From Nematocida ausubeli (taxonomy: Eukaryota): a stretch of 64,000 nucleotides of DNA. Location of the stretch: NCBI RefSeq assembly GCF_000738915.1, contig NW_026515634.1, positions 475,156 through 539,155 on the forward strand. Reading direction: 5' to 3'. Position 1 is the first letter of the stretch; each line of letters opens with the position of its first letter. The notes beneath the pieces are model-generated. The model saw only the letters and a list, made by a program, of their open reading frames with translations, was not told the DNA's origin and searched no databases. This document shows positions 61,574 through 64,000 of the stretch, one piece after another. The position numbers were made by a program, and so were the translations under genes.

Positions 61574-61942
61574 GAAACCAGAGAGACCTTCTGGAATAAA
61601 GCTGCGCGCTAGAATGGATCAATCGATATTACTAGTTGGTGTGTAGTTTATTGGTTGCTGGTTTTTGCACTCCAGTGCATACAGAGTTTCAGAAGGATTT
61701 CATCCCAGAAAATTCTCTACTCTAATAATCGCACAGTCTTCCTTAATCTTGTCTATATGCCAGCAGGTATTAAGAAAGACAAGTCACAAGGACGAATTAC
61801 TGCAGTAATTATGCAATTGCCTTGTTTTCAGGTCACAAGGGAACTTACTGCATAGAAGGTTTTTGCGCTCTGCAGACAGCAAGAATTGCATATACAATGA
61901 AAACCTGAAAATACAGTTGAAAGACTCTTTTGGTTCTGGGAT
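61574..61942 (+). ncRNA. Candidate large structured ncRNA (unassigned)
   Basis: Several long complementary pairs (see findings); G-U wobbles mostly favour the + strand. Confidence 0.4.
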
Positions 61943-61979
61943 AAAATATCTGCCTGTCAGTTCGATTGCATGATCTCCT

Positions 61980-62864
61980 TTATGTTGTTGCTAGCCACTC
62001 AACAATCCGATCAACCTTGCCGTACCAGGTATCTTTTATTTTCAGACTTGAAATTCCCTTTGCAATTTCATCTAACTCTTCATTATGCCGTTGGTGCTGA
62101 CTGTATGCCAGGTGTACAAAGCTTCTTCTATCTTGAGGTGCTGTCTCCTGTGTGTCTCTTTTATCTCCTAAGTGCAGGCTTTTTATCTTTCTTAGAATAT
62201 CCTTCTGGATCTTCTCTACATCCAGGCTGAACTGCAAGTATATGAGTTCTTTGCATTTTCTGCGAGCAAACAACCACATCAGAACTACAACGGAAAAGAC
62301 AAAAACAACCCAACTGAAGAAGTATGCAAGACTGCAGAACAGAATGCTTATAAATACACTCTCTAGTCCACGTATCTCACGTATCATGTATGCAGCAAGC
62401 ACAAAAGACCCAAATAATCCACCTGTCCAGTTGGATATAACTGCAGTGACAGCAATTACTGCAGAGCCAACGACTCTTTTTCTAATTATAAATGATCTAT
62501 ACTCTGGATAGTACTTGACTCTATCGCTTTCTAGCTTTGCATTTACCCTCTCTACACACTCCCTGCATAGATTGCTGAATATCAAGTCACTTTTATCCTT
62601 TTTCATCGGTCTTTTTAGCTTTTCCCTTTGCTCTTCTTCTGCCCGGAGTTTTTCAATTTCCATTTCATTTCTTTCTTGGCAGACTGTGCACAGCACTCTT
62701 CTCTCGCTTATTTTTTGGTATTTTCTGTAAACCTCTTTATTCTCTATAAAGATGGGCACTAACTCATCTTTTGTTCTTCTGAAATACGACTGGCATGCAT
62801 CACAGTAGACGGTTTCTGTAAGACTGTCAAGTTTTTTAGAGCCGCAGTACGGACATTTTTTCAT
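61980..62864 (-). CDS. IMA1: Inner nuclear membrane protein Ima1/SAMP1 (TMEM201)
   Basis: Four CxxC pairs (CPYC, CDAC, LCTVC, LCREC) with Ima1_N spacing, followed by TM segments. Confidence 0.75.
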   Translation of the reverse strand: MKKCPYCGSKKLDSLTETVYCDACQSYFRRTKDELVPIFIENKEVYRKYQKISERRVLCTVCQERNEMEIEKLRAEEEQREKLKRPMKKDKSDLIFSNLCRECVERVNAKLESDRVKYYPEYRSFIIRKRVVGSAVIAVTAVISNWTGGLFGSFVLAAYMIREIRGLESVFISILFCSLAYFFSWVVFVFSVVVLMWLFARRKCKELIYLQFSLDVEKIQKDILRKIKSLHLGDKRDTQETAPQDRRSFVHLAYSQHQRHNEELDEIAKGISSLKIKDTWYGKVDRIVEWLATT

Positions 62865-63382
62865 TCTTTATTTTTTCCTGCAGAAATATACGTATTTTGT
62901 ACTGTAATAACGTCTTCTGCACTTTCGCACTTTGAGTACGCCTCAAGAAGATCACTGTTTATCTTGAGAAATTCTGGGCCGTATGGGAATGGCTCAAGTA
63001 TTTTCTCTGCATCCTCTTTGTACCCGCATATGTATAAGGCAGCCCCAAATGCTTCTGCACAGTTTAGTCTGCATGGCCTCCCATAGTTAACTGTATTAGC
63101 AGCAACTAAGTAGGGAAGGAGCCTGTTTCTCATTGAGGGCAGTGTGGTAAAGTCAACTTGATCAACTTTATTCCAGGAGCAATCAACCACAGCCAGGCCG
63201 TATTTATCAATGTATTTTCTGTCTGGAGGCGAGACAGTCTTTGTGCCCACTGGGCTAAGAACAAGCCCTCCAAACCTTCTAGTTGGCTGGAGCGCCTTTA
63301 CAATTTTCTGTTTCACCAGTTTCTCTGCAGAGCACATCTTTGCAAAGCATTGCTTCATATCGAACGAGTATAAAAGCGGCAT
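62861..63382 (-). CDS. TSR3: 18S rRNA aminocarboxypropyltransferase Tsr3
   Basis: FD..QC..K.CS..KL, LSP.G...VSP.D, VDCSW, RLLPYLVAAN.VNYGRP..LNC.EA, FLKIN. Confidence 0.95.
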   Translation of the reverse strand: MPLLYSFDMKQCFAKMCSAEKLVKQKIVKALQPTRRFGGLVLSPVGTKTVSPPDRKYIDKYGLAVVDCSWNKVDQVDFTTLPSMRNRLLPYLVAANTVNYGRPCRLNCAEAFGAALYICGYKEDAEKILEPFPYGPEFLKINSDLLEAYSKCESAEDVITVQNTYISAGKNKE

Positions 63383-63446
63383 AGATGGAATAAAAAATAA
63401 TTCATTATAACTTTTTTATAACTGATCTTTCTTATCGATAGAAATT

Positions 63447-63546
63447 NNNNNNNNNNNNNNNNNNNNNNNNNNNNNNNNNNNNNNNNNNNNNNNNNNNNNN
63501 NNNNNNNNNNNNNNNNNNNNNNNNNNNNNNNNNNNNNNNNNNNNNN
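63447..63546. other. Assembly gap (100 N)
   Basis: Run of exactly 100 N. Confidence 1.
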
Positions 63547-63554
63547 ACATTTTT

Positions 63555-64000
63555 TCATTCTTTATTTTTTCCTGCAGAAATATACGTATTTTGTACTGTA
63601 ATAACGTCTTCTGCACTTTCGCACTTTGAGTACGCCTCAAGAAGATCACTGTTTATCTTGAGAAATTCTGGGCCGTATGGGAATGGCTCAAGTATTTTCT
63701 CTGCATCCTCTTTGTACCCGCATATGTATAAGGCAGCCCCAAATGCTTCTGCACAGTTTAGTCTGCATGGCCTCCCGTAGTTAACTGTATTAGCAGCAAC
63801 TAAGTAGGGAAGGAGCCTGTTTCTCATTGACGGCAGTGTGGTAAAGTCAACTTGATCAACTTTATTCCAGGAGCAATCAACCACAGCCAGGCCGTATTTA
63901 TCAATGTATTTTCTGTCTGGAGGCGAGACAGTCTTTGTGCCCACTGGGCTAAGAACAAGCCCTCCAAACCTTCTAGTTGGCTGGAGCACCTTTACAATTT
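63555..64000 (-). CDS. TSR3: Second TSR3 copy, 5' end outside the window (probable allele)
   Basis: 63547-64000 matches 62853-63306 at all but three positions. Confidence 0.85.
   Translation of the reverse strand, partial: IVKVLQPTRRFGGLVLSPVGTKTVSPPDRKYIDKYGLAVVDCSWNKVDQVDFTTLPSMRNRLLPYLVAANTVNYGRPCRLNCAEAFGAALYICGYKEDAEKILEPFPYGPEFLKINSDLLEAYSKCESAEDVITVQNTYISAGKNKE

Overview
This is a compact, apparently intron-free eukaryotic genome segment with about 38 protein genes in 64 kb. Intergenic gaps are often 12-50 bp, CCC/GGG motifs lie just upstream of several ATGs, and the housekeeping proteins are strongly shortened and divergent. The pattern fits a microsporidian; Nematocida is my best guess, but it cannot be confirmed from the sequence alone. 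Clearly recognisable genes are RPT1, an AZUL-HECT E3 ligase, RPL12, CRM1, an Atm1/HMT1-type half ABC transporter, tRNA-Lys(UUU), a Swt1-type PIN protein, SGF73, MCM9, an AVT amino-acid transporter, TOP2, RPN8, a UAA-family transporter, EAF7, VMA21, an HSF, SLC41, MEC1/ATR, PWP1, POL3, RPS0, a fungal-type trehalose phosphorylase/synthase, IMA1/SAMP1 and TSR3. TSR3 appears twice across a 100-N gap, probably as two alleles. The most interesting unannotated signals are (1) an RNase MRP-like RNA at about 19.06-19.25 kb with a second UUCG-hairpin element beside it, (2) an approximately 370-nt extensively base-paired, possibly pseudoknotted RNA candidate at 61.57-61.94 kb, (3) a WD40-less EDC4/Ge-1-like protein, (4) an MCM9 lacking its zinc finger and carrying a DD Walker B, (5) a Pol delta missing one CysB ligand, and (6) an ATGA stop/start overlap between TSR3 and IMA1. 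All family calls come from motif recognition by eye; no database searches were run.
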